A stretch of DNA of 64,000 nt from a bacterium (lineage in GTDB: Bacteria > Patescibacteriota > Patescibacteriia > JAACEG01). Position 1 is the stretch's first letter; each line of letters opens with the position of its first letter. Under the pieces are notes generated by a model, which saw only the letters and a program-made list of their open reading frames with translations, searched no databases and was not told the origin of the DNA. Positions 1-10,487 of the stretch are shown here, in pieces. The stretch is from NCBI GenBank assembly GCA_030641665.1, contig DAOWHA010000050.1, forward strand, positions 2,632 to 66,631, in the 5' to 3' direction. Made by a program: the position numbers and the translations under genes.

Positions 1-1292
1 TTTGCCCGCCCCGCAATCTCTTTTTTGCTTAATTTTTTATTCCGTTTTTTAATTTCTGCTTCCGCCGCTCCTTTTAATTCCGCAAGCAGACTATCAATGT
101 CGACTTTCACGCCCTCGCGAGATTTCAGTTTTCCGCCTTCAACATTCACCATTCCATAGCTAAGATGGCGCATATTTTTAGCAGCATTGAATTTCAAAAT
201 GTCTAAAATAGCAAATAATTGCTTCTGTGATAAGTCCTGCTCGCTCGCGATAACATGAACTATTTTATTCAACTTATAATCCTTGCATTTTAAGTATGAT
301 AAATAAATATCCTGTGTTATATAAAGCGCCGTGCCGTCGCTCCGCAATAAAAATTTATTCGGCAGATTATATTTTTTTAAATCAGCCAAAACAGCGCCCC
401 CTTCTTTTATGAATTTTTTTTGCTTTAATCCTTTTAAAATAATATATCTGCCTTTTTTATAATAATTGCTTTCAAAATAAAATTTATCAAAACCGACCCC
501 GAGCTCATCGCAACTCTCTTTAATTCCTTTTAACGCCCAGTTATTCATCTTTTTCCAAAGAGCCCGAACTTTCTTATCTCCTTTTTCCCATTTTTGCAAA
601 AGCTCTTGCGCCTCTTTTTCAATTTCTGGATTTTCTTTTCTTAACTTGTCAAACAAAACATAATAATCCCCGACAAAATGATCGCTTTTTATCTTTTCGC
701 TTTTTGGAGTTTTTTTGTTTCCCATTTTTTGATAAGCAAGCATTGACTTGCAAATATGAATTCCTCTGTCGTTTATCAAACAAGTTTTTATAACTTTATA
801 TCCATTAGTTTTTAAAATTTTACTTACGCTCCATCCGATAAATGCGTTGCGGCTATGCCCTAAATGCAGCGGTTTATTTGTGTTTGGCGATAAATACTCG
901 ATCATTATTTTTCTGTTTTTTCCAATATCAGATTCTCCGATTTTGTCTTTTTTTAAAAAAACCTCGCTTAAAATTAGTTCTGCTGATCTTTCTTTATTTA
1001 TAAAAAAATTCAGATAAGTGTCTTGATTTTTTACCTTGCGAATAAGTCCTTCTTTTTTTAATCTAATATTTTTTGATAATTTCACCGCGATTTCAGCAGG
1101 CGATTTTCTAAAACTTTTTGCTAACGCAAAACAAGGGAGCGTAAAATCTCCCATCTCTCTTTCCGGAGGATAAATAATTTCCAGTTCTTTTAAAATTTTT
1201 ATATCAATAAACTGCTTTAATAATTCAAAAATCTCCTTAATCGCTAAAGATGCAAACCTACCTTCAATTTTTGAATTTAATTTATACTGCAT
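1..1292 (-). CDS. argS: Arginine--tRNA ligase, 5' part (runs off window start)
   Basis: Manual translation from ATG at 1292: ...PPEREMGDFTLPCFALAK...MIEYLSPNTNKPLHLGHSRNAFIG (HIGH-type motif)...GKLKSREG. Confidence 0.95.
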   Translation of the reverse strand, partial: MQYKLNSKIEGRFASLAIKEIFELLKQFIDIKILKELEIIYPPEREMGDFTLPCFALAKSFRKSPAEIAVKLSKNIRLKKEGLIRKVKNQDTYLNFFINKERSAELILSEVFLKKDKIGESDIGKNRKIMIEYLSPNTNKPLHLGHSRNAFIGWSVSKILKTNGYKVIKTCLINDRGIHICKSMLAYQKMGNKKTPKSEKIKSDHFVGDYYVLFDKLRKENPEIEKEAQELLQKWEKGDKKVRALWKKMNNWALKGIKESCDELGVGFDKFYFESNYYKKGRYIILKGLKQKKFIKEGGAVLADLKKYNLPNKFLLRSDGTALYITQDIYLSYLKCKDYKLNKIVHVIASEQDLSQKQLFAILDILKFNAAKNMRHLSYGMVNVEGGKLKSREGVKVDIDSLLAELKGAAEAEIKKRNKKLSKKEIAGRA

Positions 1293-1299
1293 AAAAAAA

Positions 1300-1749
1300 T
1301 TATTTAAAACTTTTCACACGCGACTCAGACGCTTTTTTTATTAAAGCAGAACTTGAATTCAGTTTATCGCCACCGACATTATCAACCATTTTAATATTTA
1401 ATTCTTTGCAAAGCGCGGCCTCTGGCAAATTGCTTTCGTGTCTGTCGCCGCCATTTGCAAAAATATCAGGATTAATCTCTTTTAAGGATTTGCATACGGA
1501 TATGTCTTTATCAATTGAAATAAACGCTTTGTCTACCCATTTTATAGCGCTAACAATCTCAGCCCTGTCATTTTCAGGCATAAAAAGCACTCTGCCCTTT
1601 ACTATAACCTGCGAATCATTATTGATTATCACTACTAAATAATCGCCGAGTTTTTTAGCGTCTTTAAATAATTTAAGATGCCCTGTATGCAAGGGGTTAA
1701 AATAACCGCTCACGGCAACAACTATTTTCTTGCTTTCTGTTTTATCCAT
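1300..1749 (-). CDS. Cytidylyltransferase-family nucleotidyltransferase (RfaE/TagD/RibL-like)
   Basis: SGYFNPLHTGH HxGH motif, GGDR and terminal SSS motif. Confidence 0.8.
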   Translation of the reverse strand: MDKTESKKIVVAVSGYFNPLHTGHLKLFKDAKKLGDYLVVIINNDSQVIVKGRVLFMPENDRAEIVSAIKWVDKAFISIDKDISVCKSLKEINPDIFANGGDRHESNLPEAALCKELNIKMVDNVGGDKLNSSSALIKKASESRVKSFK

Positions 1750-1872
1750 ACTTTTAAAATATTTTTATAAAATAAAATTGTTATAATTGACTAACTTAAT
1801 AAAATTTTGTAATATCTATTTATAGTTATAATACTATTATTAAATTAAATTTCAATAATAAACAAAAAATTT

Positions 1873-3264
1873 ATGAGAATAGATGAAACTATTTTTAGAA
1901 AATATGATATTCGCGGAAAATATCCGAAGGAAATTAACGAAGAAGCCGCTTATAAAATCGCCTTGAGTTTTAGTAATCTATTTCCAGATATAAAACAGGT
2001 CGCTATTGGGGGAGATATTAGAAAAAGCACTCCCAAGCTTAAAGATGCTATGATTAAAGGTCTTATTGACGGAGGCAAGAAGGTTATTGATGTTGGAATT
2101 GTAATATCCCCTGTGGTATTTTTTTCTGTCTGCCATTATAATTTTGATTGCGGAATTGTTATTACGGCGTCTCATTTAGGAGAAGGTTTTAATGGAATTA
2201 AAATAGTCTTTAAAAATGCCTATCCTACGCTGCCCGAGCATTATGACAAAATTAAAAATCTCATTATAAATAATAAATTATCTAAAACAAAAAATCAAAA
2301 AACAACAATCAAAAAAATAGATGCTGAAAAAGATTATATTAAATATATTACAAGTAAAATAAGCATAAAAAAACCGCTCAAACTTATCATAGATACCGGC
2401 AATGGAACTTCTCGCTTGCTTCCGGAAAAAATATTTAAAATACTTGGATGCGAAGCGAGCACTATATATTCAGACCCTGACGATTCATTTCCTAATCATA
2501 TTCCTGATCCGTATCATAAAGAAAATATGATGGATTTAAAAAAAGAAGTTTTAAAAAAAGGAGCGGATTTAGGAATCGGCTATGACGGCGACGGCGATCG
2601 AGCCGGCTTTATAGACAATAAAGGAAATTTAATAAATGGGGACGCCTTATTGATGGCTTTTACTAAAAATGCTTTTAAAAAAAAATTAGGACCTATCGTG
2701 GTTGATTCAAGGGCATCCTTGGCTTTAATTGAAGAAGTAGAAAAAAACAAGCAACGCATTGAATTAACAGTCGGGTATCACGCAGCCGTTCTTGATAAAA
2801 TAATTGAATTAAACGCTGTTTTTGGAGGCGAAGTCACATGCCATTTCTATTTTCCATTAGAATATTATTTAATTGACGATGCTTTGTTCGCTTCATTAAA
2901 ATTAGTTCAAATCGCTTCTGAAAAAGAAGACTTCTCGGATTATATGAATTCTTTGCCGAGATATTGCGCTAGCGAAGAAATTTTTATAGAATTCCCTGAC
3001 ACAAAAAAATATTTGGCTGTTGATAATTTTACTAAAATGGTAAAAGAAAAAAATCTTGATATCAATGATGTTGACGGCGCTAGAATAAATTTTAAAAACG
3101 GCTGGGGAATTGTCCGTCCGTCAAATACTTCTGCTTTTATAAAAGTTAAATTTGAAGGAAAAACAGATAAGGATTTATTAGATATAACTCGCAAAATAGT
3201 AGGTTTAATGGATGAGTCTGGAATTATAATGCCTGAAAGCAAAAGAAAGAAAATCGGCTTATAA
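1873..3264 (+). CDS. Phosphomannomutase/phosphoglucomutase
   Basis: IFRKYDIRG start, TASH phosphoserine loop, DGDGDR metal loop. Confidence 0.93.
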   Translation: MRIDETIFRKYDIRGKYPKEINEEAAYKIALSFSNLFPDIKQVAIGGDIRKSTPKLKDAMIKGLIDGGKKVIDVGIVISPVVFFSVCHYNFDCGIVITASHLGEGFNGIKIVFKNAYPTLPEHYDKIKNLIINNKLSKTKNQKTTIKKIDAEKDYIKYITSKISIKKPLKLIIDTGNGTSRLLPEKIFKILGCEASTIYSDPDDSFPNHIPDPYHKENMMDLKKEVLKKGADLGIGYDGDGDRAGFIDNKGNLINGDALLMAFTKNAFKKKLGPIVVDSRASLALIEEVEKNKQRIELTVGYHAAVLDKIIELNAVFGGEVTCHFYFPLEYYLIDDALFASLKLVQIASEKEDFSDYMNSLPRYCASEEIFIEFPDTKKYLAVDNFTKMVKEKNLDINDVDGARINFKNGWGIVRPSNTSAFIKVKFEGKTDKDLLDITRKIVGLMDESGIIMPESKRKKIGL

Positions 3265-3286
3265 AAAATTTTTATATTTTAAAAAT

Positions 3287-4042
3287 ATGCGACCAATAAA
3301 TTGTTTAACAAAAAAAATTTTAGGCAAGATAAAACTTATTGTTTTTGATGTTGACGGCGTTTTGGTTCCTCGCGGAACTAAAATAGAACAAAAAGGCAAT
3401 TGGACGACTTTTGAAACAAAAAGAATCGCTAAAAAACAGATTAATCAGATAAAAAAATTGCGCGAACTCGGATTCCTTATAAATATAAGCTCTGGAAGAG
3501 GGCTTTATATGCTACAAGATATGTTTAGGGAAATATTGACATTTACCAGTTTGACCTACGAAAACGGCAGCGCCACTTGGATTAACGGGGATGTAATACA
3601 GCACACTAACAGCTATAAATATTTGCGCGAAATATTTCCTAAACTGCAAAAAATTTCAGACAAACTCATTAAAGGATTTGAGCCGAAAGAATTTATAATC
3701 ACGATACATTGCCATAAACGGGTGCAAAAAATTGAAAATATCGTGAGCGAATATGATAATCTTTATACTGTTTGGAACGGGGAAGCTTATGATATCGGCG
3801 TAAAAGATATTCAATCTAAAGGCGTTGGCTTAAAAGCTTTTATTAAACATCTTAAATTAAAAAAAAAGAATGTGCTTGCTATCGGTGATAATTACAATGA
3901 CAAAGAACTGATTGAATGCGCGGGCGTTAAAATTACCGCTGATAAAAGCGTGTTAAAAGGCGATTTTTATATTCCCCTTGAAGGAAAATTATTGCCTGCG
4001 GATTTATTGATGGCGCAAATAATTAAGGAGATAAGCAGATAA
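3287..4042 (+). CDS. HAD-superfamily hydrolase (Cof/IIB-like)
   Basis: FDVDGVL motif I, SSGR motif II, GDNYND motif IV. Confidence 0.85.
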   Translation: MRPINCLTKKILGKIKLIVFDVDGVLVPRGTKIEQKGNWTTFETKRIAKKQINQIKKLRELGFLINISSGRGLYMLQDMFREILTFTSLTYENGSATWINGDVIQHTNSYKYLREIFPKLQKISDKLIKGFEPKEFIITIHCHKRVQKIENIVSEYDNLYTVWNGEAYDIGVKDIQSKGVGLKAFIKHLKLKKKNVLAIGDNYNDKELIECAGVKITADKSVLKGDFYIPLEGKLLPADLLMAQIIKEISR

Positions 4043-4304
4043 TTATTACAAATAATTTTTATCCGCAAGCCAAAACGATTTAATTTCTTTAAATTACAAA
4101 ATTTAAAAATCAACAAAAAAACAGCCAATAAGTATTACTTCACTTACTGGCTGTTTTATTTTTTCCGTTTTAACTTTTTAAAATAAAACTTTCTTGAATT
4201 AATATTTTTTTAAAAAATTAAGCATTTTTTAAATTTATAAAATTTTTTAATTTAAAAAGTTCAAAGGGCTTGTTCGCAAATTGCGCGAACAAGCCCTGTT
4301 AATA

Positions 4305-4562
4305 TTAAGGAAATATATCTTTTCTTTTTCTGCAGCCGCCTATAATAGCAGCTGCAAAAATAAAAAAAATGCATCCTCCAAAAAGGAGGTAAATCAACCA
4401 ATTCGGATCCAGTATCAGTGGATCTAATTTCAATTCCGCTGGCAGCGGAGCGATTTGTCTTAATTTTTCTTTTGCCACCTCATTAGAGAAATGACATAAA
4501 ATACCAAAACTGCCAAAAATAAATCCAGTAATTCCAAAAATCCAAGAAAAAAATTTCTTCAT
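4305..4562 (-). CDS. Small two-TM hypothetical protein
   Basis: 85-aa ORF with AAGGAG SD, two hydrophobic segments, downstream hairpin AGGGCTTGTTCGC/GCGAACAAGCCCT. Confidence 0.65.
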   Translation of the reverse strand: MKKFFSWIFGITGFIFGSFGILCHFSNEVAKEKLRQIAPLPAELKLDPLILDPNWLIYLLFGGCIFFIFAAAIIGGCRKRKDIFP

Positions 4563-4690
4563 TTTTTAGTCTCCTTTTTTTATTTTGTTATTCCCGCAAA
4601 CCGCGAGAAAAAAATATACAAAAGAACACTCTCCGCACTTTGCGGGGATTAGAGAATAATAGCATATTTTTAAAAAAATGCAATAGATAT

Positions 4691-4881
4691 TGTCTTTGCG
4701 AGAAGCGAATAGAGCGATAGCGGAATGAGCGACGAAGCAATCCCATTACTGAGCGAACAAATCTGTAATTATAAATTTTTTTGCGTAAACAAAATATTGC
4801 TTTTGCATAGTTTATGCGTTATTAACGAGATTGCTTCGTCGCACCTCACTCGCTCCGCTCGTTCAACTCCTCGCAAAAACA
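4691..4881. repeat. TGTCTTTGCGAG palindromic element copy A, containing the first codons of the GIY-YIG gene
   Basis: Outer IR TGTCTTTGCGAG/CTCGCAAAAACA, inner IR CGAAGCAATC/GATTGCTTCG; 4791-4809 identical to 56381-56399. Confidence 0.92.
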
Positions 4882-4882
4882 A

Positions 4883-5812
4883 TTATTTTTTTAGCTCCGT
4901 CTCTCCTAAAAATATCTTATATGCTTCTTCCGCGGTATAATTATATAATACTACGGCGGAAATAGCGTTTGCCATTCTGACAGATTCATTTAATCTTCGC
5001 TGGTAAATATTCCTACCTACTGCCGCTCCTTTTGTTCCGCTGATATGAATCTGATTGTATAAACTCTGTAAGAAGCGCTTCGGATCCTTCTTGCTTCCGC
5101 CAACGCAAATTACGCCTGTCCTGCCTGCGGCAATAACAGCTTCTTTGAATTTTTTGCTTGCTTTCGCGCTCCCGTTTCGCCCATACGGATAATTTATTTT
5201 AACAAAATCCGCTCCAAGGCAGACCGCCGCGCCTGCTCCGCCCGCTATTAAATGCAAATCATTTTCATCTTTAACCGCTCTGCCGCGCGGATATATCCAG
5301 ATAACAGCTATCATCCCTTCTTTATGCGCTTCATAGATCAGGTTTGCGGCCTGATTAAACATCTCGGATTCATACCAACTCCCGATATAAATCGTATAGC
5401 CAACTCCGAGAATATTTAATTTTGCCTGTCTTTTAAATTCTATAATTTTTTCAAAGTCCAGCCAAATATTTCCAAAAGGGTCTTTTTGCTCTTTTTTTAA
5501 TAAATGCGTTTTTGAGTTAGCTTTAATCAGATAAGGGACATGGGGATAATCTCTGCCATATTTTGCGATTAAGCCGAGTTGCGCGGCAAAAACGCCAATA
5601 TGCGCCTTGCTTGCTATTTTAAAATAGTGTTCCGGATCGGCAACCTCTTTAGGGATATTCTTGGCGACAAAATCATCATTAAGATGTTCAATTTTCTGGT
5701 CGCCAGCGAACATCATCAGCCGACCTGTGCCGTTAGTGGCTAATCTAAAATTTTTTTTATATTCTTTTTCTTTGCCTTTCGGCACTGATAAAGGAATGTT
5801 TATTTTTAGCAT
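4883..5812 (-). CDS. Class I fructose-bisphosphate aldolase (DhnA family)
   Basis: FAGDQKIEH, WIYPRG, LGADFVKINYP Schiff-base Lys, AVGRNIYQ. Confidence 0.88.
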   Translation of the reverse strand: MLKINIPLSVPKGKEKEYKKNFRLATNGTGRLMMFAGDQKIEHLNDDFVAKNIPKEVADPEHYFKIASKAHIGVFAAQLGLIAKYGRDYPHVPYLIKANSKTHLLKKEQKDPFGNIWLDFEKIIEFKRQAKLNILGVGYTIYIGSWYESEMFNQAANLIYEAHKEGMIAVIWIYPRGRAVKDENDLHLIAGGAGAAVCLGADFVKINYPYGRNGSAKASKKFKEAVIAAGRTGVICVGGSKKDPKRFLQSLYNQIHISGTKGAAVGRNIYQRRLNESVRMANAISAVVLYNYTAEEAYKIFLGETELKK

Positions 5813-5879
5813 AAAAAAATAAAATTAAAAAATTAAATAATAATTGCCAAATTGGTAATTGCAAATTGCAAATTTATTT

Positions 5880-6953
5880 CTATATTGTTTCCGTTAAAGA
5901 ATACATCGGCATAATAACCGCCAGCGCCATGCCGGCAACGCCGACGCCTAAAATCAAAATTAAGACCGGCTCAATAATGGCAGGAAGATTTTTCATTGTC
6001 TGATTAACTTCTTCCTCATAAAATTCAGCCATTTCTTTTAAAACATTATCTAAACTTCCTGTCTCTTCGCCAATTGTTATCATCTCAGTTACAACGGGAG
6101 GAAATATGCGCGGATCTTTTTTAAGAGTATCTGCTATATTGATTCCTTTTGCGACTTTCTCAGATGCCTCTATGATAATCTGCTTATAAATGACATTGCC
6201 TAAAACATTTGATGTTATTTTTAAACTGTCCATTATCGGAATGTCTGTCATTAGCATAGAATGCAAAGTCCTGCAAAAACGGGATAAATTTATTTTTTTA
6301 ATAATCTTGCCAAAAATCGGCAGACGCAATAAAACTATATGAAAATATAGCTTGCCTTTTTTTGTCCTTATTGCGGCAAAAAATCCAGATATCAATATTA
6401 TAATGACAGATGGCGTTAAAATTTTATGCGCAACGGCAAAGTCGCTGATTCCTATTAAAATTCTTGTCGGCAACGGCAATTCAACGCCTGAAGCTTGAAA
6501 AATCTCCGTTATTTTGGGAATAATAAAAATAATCATCAACCCTCCTATGCCTATCATCGCTAAAACAATTATTATCGGATAAATCATCGCGCCCCTAACC
6601 TTAGAGCGTATTTCATAATCCTTTTTTGTTTGGATAAAAAGTTGCTCTAAAGCGTCTTCAAGTTTTCCGCTAACTTCCCCTGCTTGAATTATATTGATAA
6701 AAAGTTCGCCGAATATTTTTTTGTATTTTTTCAAACTTTCCGCAAAACCGTTGCCTTTTTCAATACTATTCTTTAAATCCGTTAAAATCAGTTGAAACTT
6801 TTTATTGCCGCTCTGTAAAGAAAGTGTTGATAAAGCCCTTGCTAATGGCACTCCAGCCCTCATCATCACCCGAAGATGCTGAATAAAAAACAACTTTTCC
6901 GATAAAGGAATTCTTTGGAAACGAGTTATATAATTATTTAGAGATTGCAACAT
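5880..6953 (-). CDS. pilC: Type IV pilus/T2SS platform protein PilC/GspF
   Basis: Two T2SSF-like repeats (GEVSGKL, GEETGSL), MIYP and IEP motifs; adjacent to PilB. Confidence 0.92.
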   Translation of the reverse strand: MLQSLNNYITRFQRIPLSEKLFFIQHLRVMMRAGVPLARALSTLSLQSGNKKFQLILTDLKNSIEKGNGFAESLKKYKKIFGELFINIIQAGEVSGKLEDALEQLFIQTKKDYEIRSKVRGAMIYPIIIVLAMIGIGGLMIIFIIPKITEIFQASGVELPLPTRILIGISDFAVAHKILTPSVIIILISGFFAAIRTKKGKLYFHIVLLRLPIFGKIIKKINLSRFCRTLHSMLMTDIPIMDSLKITSNVLGNVIYKQIIIEASEKVAKGINIADTLKKDPRIFPPVVTEMITIGEETGSLDNVLKEMAEFYEEEVNQTMKNLPAIIEPVLILILGVGVAGMALAVIMPMYSLTETI

Positions 6954-6960
6954 AAATAAA

Positions 6961-8697
6961 TTATTCTTTAGTAACCCTTAATACTTCTTCAATTGTGGTA
7001 ATGCCGCTTTTTGCCTTCATAAATCCGTCTTCAATGATTGACAGCATATCTTGCTCCGCTGCTGCCTGTTTTAATTTCTCGGCATCCGCTTTTTTATTTA
7101 TCAATTCAATAATTTTTGGCGTAATCTCTAAAATTTCATAAATTCCCACTCTCCCCTTATATCCTTCGTTATTGCAATTCTTGCAGCCTTTTCCTCTGTA
7201 AAACAGCAATTTTTTTAAATCTTTGTCAGCGATAATCTTTTCTATTTTAAGAGTATCTAAAATTTTATTCATATCTAATGTCCGCGATAAATCCTTAATT
7301 GTTTCTGTGGTCAGCTTATAACTCGTAATGCAGTCTTGGCAAATTTTTCTTACCAGCCGCTGCGCGATGATGCAGTTGGTTGTCGTGGCAAGCAAGAATG
7401 ACGGTATTCCCATATCAGCTAAGCGCGGCAATGTCGTCACTGCGTCGTTTGTATGCAAAGTTGAAAGCACTAAGTGTCCTGTCATAGCCGCATGAACAGC
7501 CATTTCCGCCGTCTCCTGATCGCGGATTTCACCAACCATAATAATATCCGGATCCTGCCTTAAAAAGGCTCTAAGTCCCGTGGCAAACGAAAAGCCGATT
7601 TTTGGATTAACCTGACTTTGATTTATTCCTGATATTTGATATTCTATCGGATCTTCAATAGTGGAAATGTTAACTGAAATTTTATTCAAAATATTTAATA
7701 TAGAATAAAGAGTGGTTGTTTTTCCTGAGCCGGTAGGTCCTGTAACTAAAACCATTCCATGCGGCTTTGCTATATTCCTTTTTAATATGATTAAATCTTT
7801 CTTATTAAATCCTAATTTATCCAAACTTAAAATTTGTGATTTTTCATCCAGCAGCCGCATTACAATCTTTTCGCCGTTAAAAATAGGAATTGTTGAAACA
7901 CGAAATGAAACCTGATACTCGGAAATTTTAATTTTAAACCGCCCGTCTTGCGGTAGCCTATGCTCGTCAAGTTTTAAATTAGCCAAAACTTTGACTCGCG
8001 CCACAATCCCCAGTTGGCTAGTTTTTGGCAAAGCCATTACTTTGCGCAAAATTCCGTCAATGCGATAACGCACCACAATCTCATTTTCTACCGGCTCTAT
8101 GTGAATATCAGAGGCTTTTTCAAAAATAGCATATTCTAATAAAGTATCAACAATGCGGACGATCGGCAAATCCTCTGCTAATTCCTTTAAATTTTTTCCG
8201 TCTTCCGCAAGGTTGCCACCGTCTTTATCTTCCTGAATTTTAACTATATCCTTAAATTCTGTCTGAAGCCCTTTGTGATATTGCTTAATAATATCCTTGA
8301 TGCTTTCGGGGGTTGTAAGATATACTTTAATCGTTCCGCCAATCTTTTTTTTAATAAATTCTATTATCTGTATATTGCTCGGCTTAATAGTGGCAAGTTT
8401 GCATTCTTTCGCTGTTTTATCAAAAACGACTATTTTGTGCGTATGCGCTATTGTTTCAGGAATAAGATTTAAAATATCCTTGCGAATCGTTTTGTCTGTT
8501 AATTTTATAAAAGGCATCTTAAAATAACGCGCTGCGTTTTCATATAAAATATCTATGGAAATAATTTTTTTATCTTTTAAATATTTTAATAAATCAACAT
8601 TGTCTTTCGCGGCGGCTACTTTAAATTCATTAAACTTTTTTTCGTTAATAATATTATTTTGAATCAATATTTTTTTTAATTGTTCTGCTGAAAACAT
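6961..8697 (-). CDS. pilB: Type IV pilus assembly ATPase PilB/GspE
   Basis: ASDIHIEP, RLPQDGR, GPTGSGKTTT, LRQDPDIIMVGEIRD, CxxC pairs. Confidence 0.93.
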   Translation of the reverse strand: MFSAEQLKKILIQNNIINEKKFNEFKVAAAKDNVDLLKYLKDKKIISIDILYENAARYFKMPFIKLTDKTIRKDILNLIPETIAHTHKIVVFDKTAKECKLATIKPSNIQIIEFIKKKIGGTIKVYLTTPESIKDIIKQYHKGLQTEFKDIVKIQEDKDGGNLAEDGKNLKELAEDLPIVRIVDTLLEYAIFEKASDIHIEPVENEIVVRYRIDGILRKVMALPKTSQLGIVARVKVLANLKLDEHRLPQDGRFKIKISEYQVSFRVSTIPIFNGEKIVMRLLDEKSQILSLDKLGFNKKDLIILKRNIAKPHGMVLVTGPTGSGKTTTLYSILNILNKISVNISTIEDPIEYQISGINQSQVNPKIGFSFATGLRAFLRQDPDIIMVGEIRDQETAEMAVHAAMTGHLVLSTLHTNDAVTTLPRLADMGIPSFLLATTTNCIIAQRLVRKICQDCITSYKLTTETIKDLSRTLDMNKILDTLKIEKIIADKDLKKLLFYRGKGCKNCNNEGYKGRVGIYEILEITPKIIELINKKADAEKLKQAAAEQDMLSIIEDGFMKAKSGITTIEEVLRVTKE

Positions 8698-8870
8698 GTT
8701 CTTTTTTTTTAATTTTATCTTAATTGTATTATAACATAAAATAAAAATTTGTTTATCTTGTCAATAAAAAAATTTAGGTGTAAAATTAAATAAATAACTC
8801 ACCTGACACAATTTATTATAACGATTATAGATTATATAAAATATTATTTAACAATTATAATTGCCACCCC

Positions 8871-8950
8871 CACCCGCAAACCTACAAATCTGCTACGAAT
8901 ATTACAAATAGACTTTGTATTATTTGTAATTAATTTGTAGATTTGCGGTG
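8871..8950. repeat. Inverted TACAAAT/ATTTGTA heptamer-like array with no gene inside
   Basis: CCGCAAACCTACAAAT...ATTTGTAGATTTGCGG imperfect inverted repeat. Confidence 0.6.
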
Positions 8951-9036
8951 ACCTATGATTATTAAAAAAATTTATCTGTAAAATAAAATTTTATATCTTT
9001 TTTAATAACTTAAGCGCGTAAGATAAGTAAATAATT

Positions 9037-9390
9037 ATGAAATATCTTTTAAAAATTGTTTTTAAGGACAAGATAATATCTCTCTGTTTTTTCGCAAGTT
9101 TATTGCTTAATATTTTTATTTGGATCTATTGTTTTCTGAACATAAAAGCTGGCGAAGAGTTAATCTATTTGCATTATAATATCTATTTTGGAGTAGATTT
9201 TATCGGCGAATGGCGTAAAATTTTTATAATTCCAATTTTTGGCTTAATAATTCTGCTAATAAACTATTCAATATCTATACAGATTTATTTAAAAAATAAA
9301 TTTGTAAGTTATATTTTAGTTGGTTCTGCATTATTCGCTCAATTTATTCTATTATTTGCAAGCATTGCGATAGTTTGGATAAATAATTAA
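9037..9390 (+). CDS. Three-TM hypothetical membrane protein
   Basis: LHYNIYFGVD motif between hydrophobic helices; first gene of a co-oriented run. Confidence 0.75.
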   Translation: MKYLLKIVFKDKIISLCFFASLLLNIFIWIYCFLNIKAGEELIYLHYNIYFGVDFIGEWRKIFIIPIFGLIILLINYSISIQIYLKNKFVSYILVGSALFAQFILLFASIAIVWINN

Positions 9391-9403
9391 ATAAAAATCA
9401 TTT

Positions 9404-10486
9404 ATGAAAATAGCATTAGTTCATGATATGTTAACGCAATTCGGCGGCGCTGAAAAAGTTTTAAAATCGCTGGCAGATCTATATCCGAAAGCGCCTATAT
9501 TCACTTTGATTTATGATAAAAAAAAATTCGGAAATATATTTCCGCCAGAAAGAGTCAAGACCTCTTTTCTGCAAAATTTTCCATGCGCAAAAACAAAATT
9601 TGAACTGTACTTGCCATTAATGCCGATAGCTATAGAAAGTTTTAATTTGAACGAATTTGATTTAATTATCTCGTCTTCAAGCTCTTTTGCTAATGGAATT
9701 ATCACAAAACCAGCAACAAAGCATATTTGTTACTGCCATACGCCGACGCGCTACCTTTGGATTGACGCTAAAAATTATATTGACGGCCTAAAATATAACA
9801 AATTTATCAAAGCTCTGCTCCCTCCAATTCTAAATAGGCTAAAAACTTGGGATAAATCCGCGTCAAGCAGAGTTAATAATTTTATAGCAAATTCTGAAAA
9901 TGTGAAAGAAAGAATTAAAAAATATTATCAGCGAGATAGCGCGGTAATTTACCCACCAGTTGAAACTGAAAAATTTTGCGCGTCCCAAGACAGAAAAGAT
10001 TATTTTTTAATCGGCGGAAGGCTTGTCTCTTATAAAAAATTTGATTTGGCGATTAAGGCATTTAATAAATTAAAAATTCCGCTTAAAATTTTCGGTACCG
10101 GACCTGATTCTCGAAAACTAAAAAAAATAGCCGATAAAAATATCCGATTTTTAGGATTTGTAAGCGAGCGCAAAAAAGCAAAGCTATATTCAAGCGCGCG
10201 CGCTTTTATCTGCCCGCACGAAGAAGATTTTGGAATAACGGTTATCGAGGCAATGGCGTCTGGAACGCCGATAATCGCGTACAAAAAAGGCGGCGCAGTT
10301 GAATCAGTGTCAGAAGGCGTGAGCGGTGAATTTTTTACAGAACAAAATTATAAGGCGCTAGCTGACAAAATTTCAAACTTTAACAGCAATAATTATAATC
10401 CGCTGGAAATTAAAAAACTTGCTGAAAAATTCAGCAAAAATAAATTTAAAGAAAAAATTAAAAAATTTATTGAAAAAAATTATTAG
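9404..10486 (+). CDS. Glycosyltransferase family 4
   Basis: MKIALVHD..GGAEKV, EDFGITVIEAMASGTPIIA. Confidence 0.92.
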   Translation: MKIALVHDMLTQFGGAEKVLKSLADLYPKAPIFTLIYDKKKFGNIFPPERVKTSFLQNFPCAKTKFELYLPLMPIAIESFNLNEFDLIISSSSSFANGIITKPATKHICYCHTPTRYLWIDAKNYIDGLKYNKFIKALLPPILNRLKTWDKSASSRVNNFIANSENVKERIKKYYQRDSAVIYPPVETEKFCASQDRKDYFLIGGRLVSYKKFDLAIKAFNKLKIPLKIFGTGPDSRKLKKIADKNIRFLGFVSERKKAKLYSSARAFICPHEEDFGITVIEAMASGTPIIAYKKGGAVESVSEGVSGEFFTEQNYKALADKISNFNSNNYNPLEIKKLAEKFSKNKFKEKIKKFIEKNY

Positions 10487-10487
10487 T

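Noticed and set aside
4725-4940. ORFs of the MSDEAIPLL..EIASS type (also 23345-23646, 26109-26462, 55986-56243)
   Set aside because: They are translations of the palindromic element, not independent genes.
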